Both the position numbers and the translations under genes were made by a program. This document shows, piece by piece, positions 47,649-55,136 of a DNA stretch of 55,136 bases; position 1 is the stretch's first letter, and each line of letters opens with the position of its first letter. Source of the stretch: a virus. Lineage: Duplodnaviria; Caudoviricetes. The notes below the pieces were generated by a model. It worked only from the letters and a program-made list of their open reading frames with translations. It was not told where the DNA came from and made no database searches. The stretch is taken from positions 1-55,136 of the IMG/VR virus record IMGVR_UViG_3300020441_000006; one strand, 5' to 3'.

Positions 47649-47823
47649 CTTTATCTCCCAATAATTTTTTAAATTTTTCTGTAAATTGACCATTATTTTT
47701 AGTCCACCTTTTTCTTGACGCAAGCCTTCTTAAATTTCTTGCTGTTAATCTATCTTCATCTTGAGCTTGGTTCATTGCGTCTATAAAACCTGCCCCGGAT
47801 TTAGTAACTCTTTTTTTACTCAT
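47629..47823 (-). CDS. Hypothetical protein
   Basis: Overlapping gene run. Confidence 0.6.
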   Translation of the reverse strand: MSKKRVTKSGAGFIDAMNQAQDEDRLTARNLRRLASRKRWTKNNGQFTEKFKKLLGDKDEKRKS

Positions 47824-48085
47824 TTTTTTCCCTCAATTGTTTTAAGTTTTTATCTGTAAATACGCGTAGCAACGCATCAACAGCATCGTTTTTATTTTTG
47901 AAAACATCCCTCTCCATTTCGACAAGGAAGGCTACAAAGTCTTTTCCTAACTGTATTAAATCTTTTTGATTGTGATGTGAGCGCAACTCAACTGCTATCT
48001 TTTGAAACACTTCATTTGTTTCATCATCGTTTTTATATGTATCTTTTGACTCTACATTTATATCCATATGTGATGGAAATCCCAT
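47816..48085 (-). CDS. Hypothetical protein
   Basis: SD gggag. Confidence 0.65.
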   Translation of the reverse strand: MGFPSHMDINVESKDTYKNDDETNEVFQKIAVELRSHHNQKDLIQLGKDFVAFLVEMERDVFKNKNDAVDALLRVFTDKNLKQLREKNE

Positions 48086-48153
48086 TTTTTTCTCCCTTTT
48101 TTGCAGACAAAAGTCCTTACCCCTCTAAATACTCTTCGCTATGTTGCAGCGAA

Positions 48154-48567
48154 TTACTCGTCCATCACAACATCATATGGTAGTGTTTTGCTCTTCCTTA
48201 TAACTTCCGGGGAATGAGCAACCCATTCCATAGACTGTGATGTTAAAGGGCTACGCTCTTTGATGACTGAATTTAATTGCATTTCCGGATCATAACCAAA
48301 TGGTCCTTCATTCGCTATCGAAACATGGATCCAATGAATAAAATCTTTCTTGCTCATCCTTTCTTCAGGATTCCAAGGCAAGTCAATTTTATCAGGATGC
48401 GGTGTTCCAAAATGTGCGCATCGTGCAATAGGCCACCATGATGGAATAAAAAAATCTTTACTAACACTTGCAGTGTGCTTGTAACCATTTTGATACTCAT
48501 TACGCTCCAAAACAAACTCCGTTGGAAGCGATTCACCAAGATCGTGTTTAACATTTAAAGCCTGCAT
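48154..48567 (-). CDS. Hypothetical protein
   Basis: SD aaggag, first gene after promoter-like region. Confidence 0.7.
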   Translation of the reverse strand: MQALNVKHDLGESLPTEFVLERNEYQNGYKHTASVSKDFFIPSWWPIARCAHFGTPHPDKIDLPWNPEERMSKKDFIHWIHVSIANEGPFGYDPEMQLNSVIKERSPLTSQSMEWVAHSPEVIRKSKTLPYDVVMDE

Positions 48568-48665
48568 TTATACTCCTTATGTAAACCAATTAAGTATAAT
48601 ATCTTTTATTATTTGTTTGAAGTCAAGTAAATAAAAAAATCCGTTTACTTTAAAAATAGGGTAAA

Positions 48666-48900
48666 ATGGTTCATAAAACATGGTTCATATGTATGAACGA
48701 CAGCTATCTATGAACCATTTTTCTTTGTAAGTGTTTGTTTTACTTAAATAAAAAAAATGAAATGGTTCATGGTTCATAAGGTCTTTCTATGAACCGTTTA
48801 CACTAGTTAAGTTATTGAAAAATATATATAATAATTTTTTTTGCAATCGTTCATGGTTCATGTATATATATATATAGTGGGGCGTATGAACCGCCCCCAC
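48666..48900. repeat. Iteron-like array of ATGGTTCAT-type repeats (candidate origin or packaging site)
   Basis: Ten copies in both orientations, AT-rich spacers, two IHF-like boxes, GC-rich hairpin. Confidence 0.8.
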
Positions 48901-48928
48901 ATATAAAGTAAATAAAAAAGGAGAAGGC

Positions 48929-49462
48929 ATGAAAGGGAGTAGTAAATCAGATATGAATGCAGTGATCGAGGATCCACAATCTCCTCAGTCACAGTTAACG
49001 ATGCAGCAACAAAAATTTGTGGATCTTTATTGTTCGGCTGAGGATCTGTCGCAGACGGAGGCGGCCCGGAGGGCCGGGTATAAGTATCCGGCACTATCAG
49101 GTCATCAACTACTAAGAAAGCCCCATGTGGTCGCCTGTATTGACGAGAAGAGGAGGGAAATCGGGCATAAGTATCGTATCACTCCTGAAAGAAAAGCTCG
49201 GGATCTAATTAATATTCAACACAAAGCTCAAGAAGAAGGAAAATACATAGCCGCCTTAAAGGCCATTGAGCTACAAGTTAAGCTTGCGGGACTTGATATT
49301 AAAAAATCCATAAACATTACCGGGAAGATAGATATCGACTCCATGACTGAAGAAGATATCAAGAAAGAACTAATGAATTTAGCTAAGGAAGCTGAAAGAA
49401 ATACAGTAGATCTCCCCCCGGAAAGCTTTGTTGAAGTAATCGAACCTGAAGAATCAGACTAA
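48929..49462 (+). CDS. terS: Terminase small subunit
   Basis: LT.QQ.KFV..Y..TEAARRAGY..LL.KP.V, ALKAIEL..K..G. Confidence 0.88.
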   Translation: MKGSSKSDMNAVIEDPQSPQSQLTMQQQKFVDLYCSAEDLSQTEAARRAGYKYPALSGHQLLRKPHVVACIDEKRREIGHKYRITPERKARDLINIQHKAQEEGKYIAALKAIELQVKLAGLDIKKSINITGKIDIDSMTEEDIKKELMNLAKEAERNTVDLPPESFVEVIEPEESD

Positions 49463-49605
49463 ATTATCTGCCAAAGGCATTGGATCAGGACTATCATTGT
49501 CGGGATATGTATAAAATAATGCATTGTTAGACCAAGTAAAAAACAGTAAAAGACAATTATCTTTTATACTATCCACCAGGAAAATCAATGCGACAATGTG
49601 TGATT

Positions 49606-50796
49606 TTACATTATATTTTCAAGAAAATGTTCAATAACTTTAATTGTAAATCCGTTTCCAATCATTTTATATCTTTGTGTGTTAGATACTCCCTCAGTAT
49701 AGTTATCTGGAAGTGTCTGGAGCCGTTCACATTCTAATGGTGTAAGTTTGCGCCATGAAACTTCTTTATCATTAACCCACATATTTCCATTAGAGCTGTT
49801 GGTTCTTAATGTTGTAGATTTATCTCCCGTTATTGTCTTTTTATTATAAGGATCAACAAATTCTGCATCGGGATCAGGAATATATTTTTTTACTGATAGT
49901 TTGGATATTGGTATCTTATTTCCGAGATTAACAGCCACTTTCGGTTCTGTATTGCCACCACCATGAGCATTAACTGTCGGTGATTTACCTCTTTCTGAAT
50001 AAATTCTTTTTAAAGACTCATGCCCATTTAAATCGGCCGCCACAGCCACTTGTTTCGGTGTTTTATATGTTTCTAAATATGGAGCATCAGTCGGTTCTTT
50101 GTGATATCCAGCAATAACTGTTCCTATCTTTTCATCTTTAGCTGTATAAAAACGACCTTTTCCTCTCTTAGCATTTAATACTCTATCTTTCTTTTGGTCA
50201 CTAATTTCATGTTTAGGATCGGGATGTGTTTCCAATATATCTTTCAAAACAATTCCCAAATCATCGGGCTGTTCTTGTTTTAATGGAATGTTCGTCCAAT
50301 ATAATCTTTTTCTGCTTTGCGCTGATACAAGAGATGAATTTATTTCACGCGGTTCAATACCAAATAAACTACCATTAACGCATTCAGGATAAATTTTACC
50401 TATTGCATTATTAATTACTTCTTGATGCTCCTTTTTCATTTTTACATTTTCTAGTAAAAAATATTTAGGTTTTAACTCTTCGAGCAATCTAATAAATTCA
50501 AAAAACAATACGGATCGTTCATCTTTAAATGCCTTTTGTTTCCCGGCAAATGAAAAACCTTGGCAAGGACTACCCGCAGTTAATAAATCAATATCATGTA
50601 TAAAATCTTCTCCCTTAATTTCCTTAATATCTCCAAGATGAATTGTATTCGGGAAATTCTTTCGGGTTATCTGAATTGCATATTTATCTATCTCACTCGC
50701 ATAATATTTATAAACGGGTATGCCTAAATTTTTTAAAGCAATTTGTGTTCCGCTACATCCATCAAATAAACTGCAAACTACAATGCCTTTTGTCAT
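49606..50796 (-). CDS. DNA (cytosine-5) methyltransferase
   Basis: SLFDG, GSPCQGFS, LLENV, Q.R.R.YW, LTP.ECERLQ, GNG. Confidence 0.95.
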   Translation of the reverse strand: MTKGIVVCSLFDGCSGTQIALKNLGIPVYKYYASEIDKYAIQITRKNFPNTIHLGDIKEIKGEDFIHDIDLLTAGSPCQGFSFAGKQKAFKDERSVLFFEFIRLLEELKPKYFLLENVKMKKEHQEVINNAIGKIYPECVNGSLFGIEPREINSSLVSAQSRKRLYWTNIPLKQEQPDDLGIVLKDILETHPDPKHEISDQKKDRVLNAKRGKGRFYTAKDEKIGTVIAGYHKEPTDAPYLETYKTPKQVAVAADLNGHESLKRIYSERGKSPTVNAHGGGNTEPKVAVNLGNKIPISKLSVKKYIPDPDAEFVDPYNKKTITGDKSTTLRTNSSNGNMWVNDKEVSWRKLTPLECERLQTLPDNYTEGVSNTQRYKMIGNGFTIKVIEHFLENIM

Positions 50797-51044
50797 TTCT
50801 GCTCCATAATTAATCTTTTAACAAACTCTAACCCAGTCTTAAAACCTACATTATAGTCATCACTTTCTTCGGGATCTGTTTTATTAACTGAATGAATTAT
50901 TTCGGGAGATACTAACTTTTTTTTATATAATTTTTCTATCTCCACATCTATTTTTGTTATCACTCTCATTGATTTTTTTCTTCCTCTCAAATTACTTTCA
51001 GAACTCATTTTTGGCTCGCTTAATTTCATCACGTTTTTTTTCAC
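50793..51044 (-). CDS. Hypothetical protein (start uncertain)
   Basis: ATGA overlap with methyltransferase. Confidence 0.55.
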   Translation of the reverse strand: MKKNVMKLSEPKMSSESNLRGRKKSMRVITKIDVEIEKLYKKKLVSPEIIHSVNKTDPEESDDYNVGFKTGLEFVKRLIMEQK

Positions 51045-51207
51045 ACTTATTTACTATCTCTCTTGCCAATCTTGGTTCTTGCCAATGTTTATTCCATGTC
51101 GGTCTGCACTGCTCTTCTTCCCAATCGGGCTGTGCAACACTTGATTTTAAAGCCCATATAACTTGATCTAATTGATCGGCGCTTAAATGTATGTTCTTTT
51201 TAACCAT
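50998..51207 (-). CDS. Hypothetical protein
   Basis: SD ggagg. Confidence 0.65.
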   Translation of the reverse strand: MVKKNIHLSADQLDQVIWALKSSVAQPDWEEEQCRPTWNKHWQEPRLAREIVNKCEKKRDEIKRAKNEF

Positions 51208-51397
51208 GTTTAATTTTCCTCCTAAGTTTTTTTGCTTTCATATTCTCTCTTTTAATTAGTTTATTTGCCTCCGACTGCATTGTGAATATTTCATACTTCG
51301 TTCCTATAAATTTTGTGCGATCGGGTTCAACTCTTCTATGCGACATAATTTTCCCTTTATCTTTGTTAGTTTTACCTGGCAGTAATCTCTTACCCAT
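51200..51397 (-). CDS. Small basic hypothetical protein
   Basis: Start placed at the GGAGAAGAATAATG junction motif (MGKRLL). Confidence 0.6.
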   Translation of the reverse strand: MGKRLLPGKTNKDKGKIMSHRRVEPDRTKFIGTKYEIFTMQSEANKLIKRENMKAKKLRRKIKHG

Positions 51398-51674
51398 TAT
51401 TCTTCTCCATTTTCCATAACTTGATCCTTTGAATATAATATTTAATTCTGTATAAAATTCTTCTGCTTGTTCTAACAATCTTCTCTTCTTTTATGTAAGC
51501 ATTAATAGAAAGTAAATCTTTGCAAGAACTATCATTATCAACTAATACCTCTGAAGTTTGTTCGGTTAATCCATCAACATTTTCTACAATATCTATTAAA
51601 ATTTTTGCATTAGGATTAAATTCCAATTCTTTTATTGAATATTCCAATTCATCAATTAATTCTTGTATTGTCAT
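51390..51674 (-). CDS. Hypothetical protein
   Basis: MTIQELI..L start, junction motif. Confidence 0.65.
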   Translation of the reverse strand: MTIQELIDELEYSIKELEFNPNAKILIDIVENVDGLTEQTSEVLVDNDSSCKDLLSINAYIKEEKIVRTSRRILYRIKYYIQRIKLWKMEKNNG

Positions 51675-51904
51675 TATTCTTCTCCCTCTAAAAAAACTTT
51701 ATCTCTTTCTTCTTCGGTCTTAAACCATGACCATTGAATCTCTGTTCCATCATCATTATCTATGGCATTATCTAAAGTTTGTTCTCCAAACCATTCAACC
51801 AAACCATATGTATATCCATTGTTATCATCTCTATTAAACTTGTATGCTTGTGTGTCATACCAATTAAATTTTAAACAATTTGTTATATCGTAATCAATAG
51901 CCAT
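51674..51904 (-). CDS. Hypothetical protein
   Basis: Coupled ORF; WSWFKTEEER. Confidence 0.7.
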   Translation of the reverse strand: MAIDYDITNCLKFNWYDTQAYKFNRDDNNGYTYGLVEWFGEQTLDNAIDNDDGTEIQWSWFKTEEERDKVFLEGEE

Positions 51905-52080
51905 TATTCTTCTCCTATTAACTCAGCATTCTTATAACTATCGTCATCAAAATACACATCCCCACTAATATTAAACCCTCCATCTTCAGTAAGAATTTTC
52001 CTAGCGGTTCGCTCATCATCCGCCTTGATCTCATACTCAAAATAAGATTTAACCTTAAACCTAAATATTTTATCAGCCAT
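51904..52080 (-). CDS. Small acidic protein (58 aa)
   Basis: Not in ORF track; MADKIFRFKV..EIKADDERTA..GEE; junction motifs at both ends. Confidence 0.7.
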   Translation of the reverse strand: MADKIFRFKVKSYFEYEIKADDERTARKILTEDGGFNISGDVYFDDDSYKNAELIGEE

Positions 52081-52288
52081 TATTCATCTCCTTTTCAATT
52101 TTTGTATATGTATCATGATGATAGGTTCTTCTATTTTGATATTCATCATAGACACGATCAGTATCCTCGTGATCTCCATTGACAACCATATCTAATATCT
52201 CTTCATCAGTTAAATGATCATCAACCTCAATCTCAGGATACCATGTTTCATCTCTTGAAATTTTTAGCTTAACTTTTTTCTTAACCAT
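52073..52288 (-). CDS. Small acidic protein
   Basis: Coupled ORF. Confidence 0.7.
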   Translation of the reverse strand: MVKKKVKLKISRDETWYPEIEVDDHLTDEEILDMVVNGDHEDTDRVYDEYQNRRTYHHDTYTKIEKEMNNG

Positions 52289-52470
52289 TATTCTTCTCCC
52301 TCTTTAATTTCTTCTACTCTAGAAAATGTAAAATGTGGTGTGCCAATTGGCTCAAACCATTCCCCGTCGGTTCTTTTGCCCTTATCGATAGCATCATCTT
52401 CGTTCTCTGCATCAACCACAACATAATAATCTGTGTTCTCATTAACTATGTATTTATATTTTTTAGCCAT
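52288..52470 (-). CDS. Small acidic protein (V.A..E.EA type)
   Basis: KKYK..V.E...VVVDAENEDDAI. Confidence 0.7.
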   Translation of the reverse strand: MAKKYKYIVNENTDYYVVVDAENEDDAIDKGKRTDGEWFEPIGTPHFTFSRVEEIKEGEE

Positions 52471-52482
52471 TATTAATCTCCT

Positions 52483-52938
52483 CTATGTTGCCTGACCATA
52501 TACATCTCTTTCACTTTCTTCATTGTGTTTCCAACCATTCCATAAACCCAGATCTTGCCAGGCCAGATGCAATGCTCCCTCTACATCCCAAATATCGTGA
52601 TTGTCTTCAAAAAAATACTCTTCAGGTTCACTAACATGAGATACTGTATAAGAGTAATTAGCTATGAATGGATTGTTGGTATAATTATCTACAACATCTC
52701 TTTGAAATTTTTCAAATGCATCCTCATCTTTCCAATCGGGTTTCGGGATATTATGATCCCATTCATATTTGGTAACGGTAATAATAAATGTTTCGGTTAC
52801 ACCATCTATCGTATCATCCATTGTTATGGATGCTGAATTTTTAAAAAGTAATTTAACCTTTAATAATTTTATCTTCATATCTTCTTTTGATAGAAAACTT
52901 GGAAAAGAAAATCCAATATTTATATTGTTATTAATCAT
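52483..52938 (-). CDS. Hypothetical protein
   Basis: Junction motif start. Confidence 0.65.
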   Translation of the reverse strand: MINNNINIGFSFPSFLSKEDMKIKLLKVKLLFKNSASITMDDTIDGVTETFIITVTKYEWDHNIPKPDWKDEDAFEKFQRDVVDNYTNNPFIANYSYTVSHVSEPEEYFFEDNHDIWDVEGALHLAWQDLGLWNGWKHNEESERDVYGQAT

Positions 52939-53201
52939 TATTCATCTCCCTCATCATAAACATCAATATCGTGCATAGCATTTTCCAAACAAGTATCAAC
53001 TCCCCATTGAGTTTTAAAATCACTCCAAACTGACTCTCCCGTATCTTGTAAGGTTACACTATAACCATGTGTTCCATATTCATTTTCATAGTGAAACATT
53101 TCATCGGGATCATTTATTTCGTTTATGTCTATTGATGGTTCTTGTTTATAAATATCTATAATAAAATTACCATAAACAATTTTTTGTTTAACTAATTGCA
53201 T
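52938..53201 (-). CDS. Hypothetical protein
   Basis: SD ggagg, coupled. Confidence 0.7.
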   Translation of the reverse strand: MQLVKQKIVYGNFIIDIYKQEPSIDINEINDPDEMFHYENEYGTHGYSVTLQDTGESVWSDFKTQWGVDTCLENAMHDIDVYDEGDE

Positions 53202-53467
53202 TGCTCTCCTCCTATTAATGCGTCTATAAATTCAGGATTGTTTTCTTTTAATTCTTGAATGCGATCATAATCAATGCTCGCTTTCCTTAGTGTGATGGAT
53301 CGATTATATCCATCCGTAACCGTTTGACCTGGCTCATCTTTAAATTTTAAAATGCCACTCTCAATAAAGGTATTAACAAAATATCTGCCATATGATCCCT
53401 CTAATTGAAGAAATCTTCCTTTTTCATAGGTTTCTAATGCTTGCTCATATATATTTTTTTCAGTCAT
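53192..53467 (-). CDS. Hypothetical protein
   Basis: SD gagg, coupled. Confidence 0.7.
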   Translation of the reverse strand: MTEKNIYEQALETYEKGRFLQLEGSYGRYFVNTFIESGILKFKDEPGQTVTDGYNRSITLRKASIDYDRIQELKENNPEFIDALIGGEQCN

Positions 53468-53643
53468 TATTTTTTTACCTCTCTTAAATCTTCGTGATCT
53501 GTCCCCTCTGCAAGAAAAGAAACATCATGATTTGGTTTAAGCTCAAAAAGTTTTATAGTCCCGTCATCATTTAAAAGCTCATTACCATCTTCATCTTTTT
53601 TGTAAAATTGTATATTCCACACACATATATCAAATTCAACCAC
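53467..53643 (-). CDS. Hypothetical protein (58 aa, GTG start)
   Basis: Not in ORF track; fills gap exactly; FYKKDEDGNE..DG.IK.F. Confidence 0.65.
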   Translation of the reverse strand: MVEFDICVWNIQFYKKDEDGNELLNDDGTIKLFELKPNHDVSFLAEGTDHEDLREVKK

Positions 53644-54196
53644 GATCTTTTACCTCTCTTTTTTCTAAGACTACTCCACCGCCCGCATCTTCTAATGAAC
53701 TTGGGTAATCTCTTGATCCCTCTTCCATAATTTCAAAACTATTAAAGTTTTTTAATGCTTTCATTCCTTCAATAAATCCTACTAAACCCTCAAGAGTAGA
53801 AAACCTATACCAATCTTCATGCATTACATCATGCATGCCATCCTCAAATTCTTCCTCTCCAAATTTAACATGGAGATAATATTGTTTCTTATTTTCGGTA
53901 TTCGATAAATAAGTTTTTATTGAATGCTTAAATATTTCTTTAAGAAATTCGGGGTTCGGGTTTTTGGTATTCTCTTCGTTATCTTGTAAAAGAGTTTGCA
54001 AGGTAAAGATTAATTTTGATTCATAATAGGATGGATCATTATCAAGTAATTTTTCTTTCTGCTCTTCGGTATTCTTTAATATTGCTAATTCGGTTTTCAT
54101 TGGTTCGCCTTTCCTTTCATAATTAATCGACCTGGTTCTGATATCATTATTTTTAGCCCATGCCTTCGGGCAATCTTTTTGTGGTTCGTTCTCCAA
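53636..54196 (-). CDS. Hypothetical protein (true start possibly 54100)
   Basis: Long ORF in early gene run. Confidence 0.65.
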   Translation of the reverse strand: MENEPQKDCPKAWAKNNDIRTRSINYERKGEPMKTELAILKNTEEQKEKLLDNDPSYYESKLIFTLQTLLQDNEENTKNPNPEFLKEIFKHSIKTYLSNTENKKQYYLHVKFGEEEFEDGMHDVMHEDWYRFSTLEGLVGFIEGMKALKNFNSFEIMEEGSRDYPSSLEDAGGGVVLEKREVKDRG

Positions 54197-54262
54197 TCAA
54201 AAAATATATTTTCTCTTTTTAATAATTTATTTAATTTATTATTCATGTTTTAACCTCTCTTT

Positions 54263-54913
54263 TTAGTGTAATTTATACGCAATATTTTTAACTGATTTGT
54301 CCCAGCATTTCCGACAAACTCCGCACTTGCCCGCGTTTTCATATGCTTTGCACGGATGCGCGTTCTTTGGTAATTCTTGCGCGGTTCCGTAAATTGTTGA
54401 TTTATATAAACCGTTTATTTTTTCCGTTTCTTGAATATTGGTTAAATCTAAACCGCCCTTAATACTATCACTTGAAAACCTAACAACCACGTTTTCAAGC
54501 TCGTTCATGCGATCAAGAATAGGTTTAATCTTTTTTACTTTATAACTCCGCGTTGGTATCCAATGGTTACAGTGTGGAGTATTCTTGCAAATCTCGTATA
54601 TTTTCCACGCCAAATCTTTATGGTAAATATCACCACTATCAAACCATCTAAAAAATCTTTCATTTAAATTGATATAGTTTGTCATATCTTCGGTGAACTC
54701 TTCGCGTTTCCATGCTTTGAAATTGTCCGCCCTTGCTTTCTTTACATTTTTAAAATTGTAAGTGTGTTTGTTGGCATAACAACCCGCGCACGCTGTAACC
54801 AATTCGCCTTTGGCATTCCTTGCGCCTGGACAAGTTTGAACAGCTTGCAAACTCCATGATCCGCACGGCATTTTAGAAGTTTTACTAATATTAATATAAT
54901 CTTTTATAATCAT
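54263..54913 (-). CDS. GP88-like protein (Cys-rich, radical-SAM-like)
   Basis: SKMP..SL.A..CPG..C..CYA, FRWFDSGD, HWIPTR, C.A..C..CR.CW. Confidence 0.8.
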   Translation of the reverse strand: MIIKDYINISKTSKMPCGSWSLQAVQTCPGARNAKGELVTACAGCYANKHTYNFKNVKKARADNFKAWKREEFTEDMTNYINLNERFFRWFDSGDIYHKDLAWKIYEICKNTPHCNHWIPTRSYKVKKIKPILDRMNELENVVVRFSSDSIKGGLDLTNIQETEKINGLYKSTIYGTAQELPKNAHPCKAYENAGKCGVCRKCWDKSVKNIAYKLH

Positions 54914-54940
54914 TTTTTTACCCTTATATTATTTATTTCT

Positions 54941-54977
54941 TGTAAACCATAATATAGGAATTTGAGAAGAAAAACAA
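54941..54977 (-). promoter_or_regulatory. Early promoter
   Basis: TTGTTT-17-TATTAT followed by GTTTACA box. Confidence 0.55.
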
Positions 54978-55092
54978 GAAAACAACCAAAAAAACTTATA
55001 TTATTTACTTTAATTGAAAAATAAGCATTTTTTCAAAATCTCTTATATTATTTTATATAATCAAAACCCGCGTTTTTTTATAAATAAACTAA

Positions 55093-55131
55093 GGGCGGGC
55101 AAGCCCGCCCGCCGTCCCCATATAAATGGGG
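55093..55131. other. Two adjacent GC-rich hairpins
   Basis: GGGCGGGC-AA-GCCCGCCC and CCCCAT-ATAA-ATGGGG in AT-rich surroundings. Confidence 0.7.
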
Positions 55132-55136
55132 TTCGG

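Larger units (their letters stand above)
51395..52952 (-). repeat. Repeated gene-junction motif GGAGAWGAATAATG
   Basis: Copies at 51395, 51672, 51902, 52078, 52286 and 52936; variant at 52468. Confidence 0.8.
1..55136. mobile_element. Tailed bacteriophage genome (partial or near-complete), podovirus-like
   Basis: Terminase, portal, capsid, tail and primase-helicase genes in modular order; no host housekeeping genes. Confidence 0.97.

Noticed and set aside
48666-48900. Repeat array as a mini-CRISPR
   Set aside because: Units are only about 9 bp, in both orientations and irregularly spaced
48858-49094. Minus-strand 78-aa ORF
   Set aside because: Overlaps terS and the repeat array with no recognisable features
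49463-49605. Intergenic region with CATTGTCG/CGACAATG inverted pair
   Set aside because: Short, widely spaced repeat; no convincing ORF or RNA structure

Overview
The whole window is one AT-rich tailed-phage (Caudoviricetes) genome segment, podovirus-like and resembling uncultured aquatic phages. The first CDS is cut at the left edge. From 1 to 38 kb on the + strand: membrane/holin genes, terminase large subunit, portal, an unexplained module of exported proteins, a cluster of very basic peptides, GroES, scaffold, capsid and decoration genes, adaptors, five paralogous fibre/receptor-binding proteins, a nozzle-like protein and large internal (ejection) proteins. At 38-45 kb a divergent small regulator faces a replication/recombination operon (AAA ATPase, SSB-like protein, Cas4-like nuclease, primase-helicase, PD-(D/E)XK endonuclease). 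From 45 to 55 kb are mostly minus-strand small early genes, a thermonuclease, a C5 methyltransferase and a GP88-like protein, with an isolated terminase small subunit preceded by an iteron-like repeat array. I found no DNA polymerase, integrase, endolysin, tRNA or CRISPR. Best leads: (1) the exported Asn/Thr-repeat plus NIDO-like acidic protein module; (2) a three-way-junction RNA with three GAC linkers that sequesters a Shine-Dalgarno; (3) a tandem fibre-paralogue array; (4) a candidate anti-SD sRNA; (5) a blue-copper-like site in a virion protein; (6) the repeat array before terS. All family assignments come from motif recognition by eye, not database searches.
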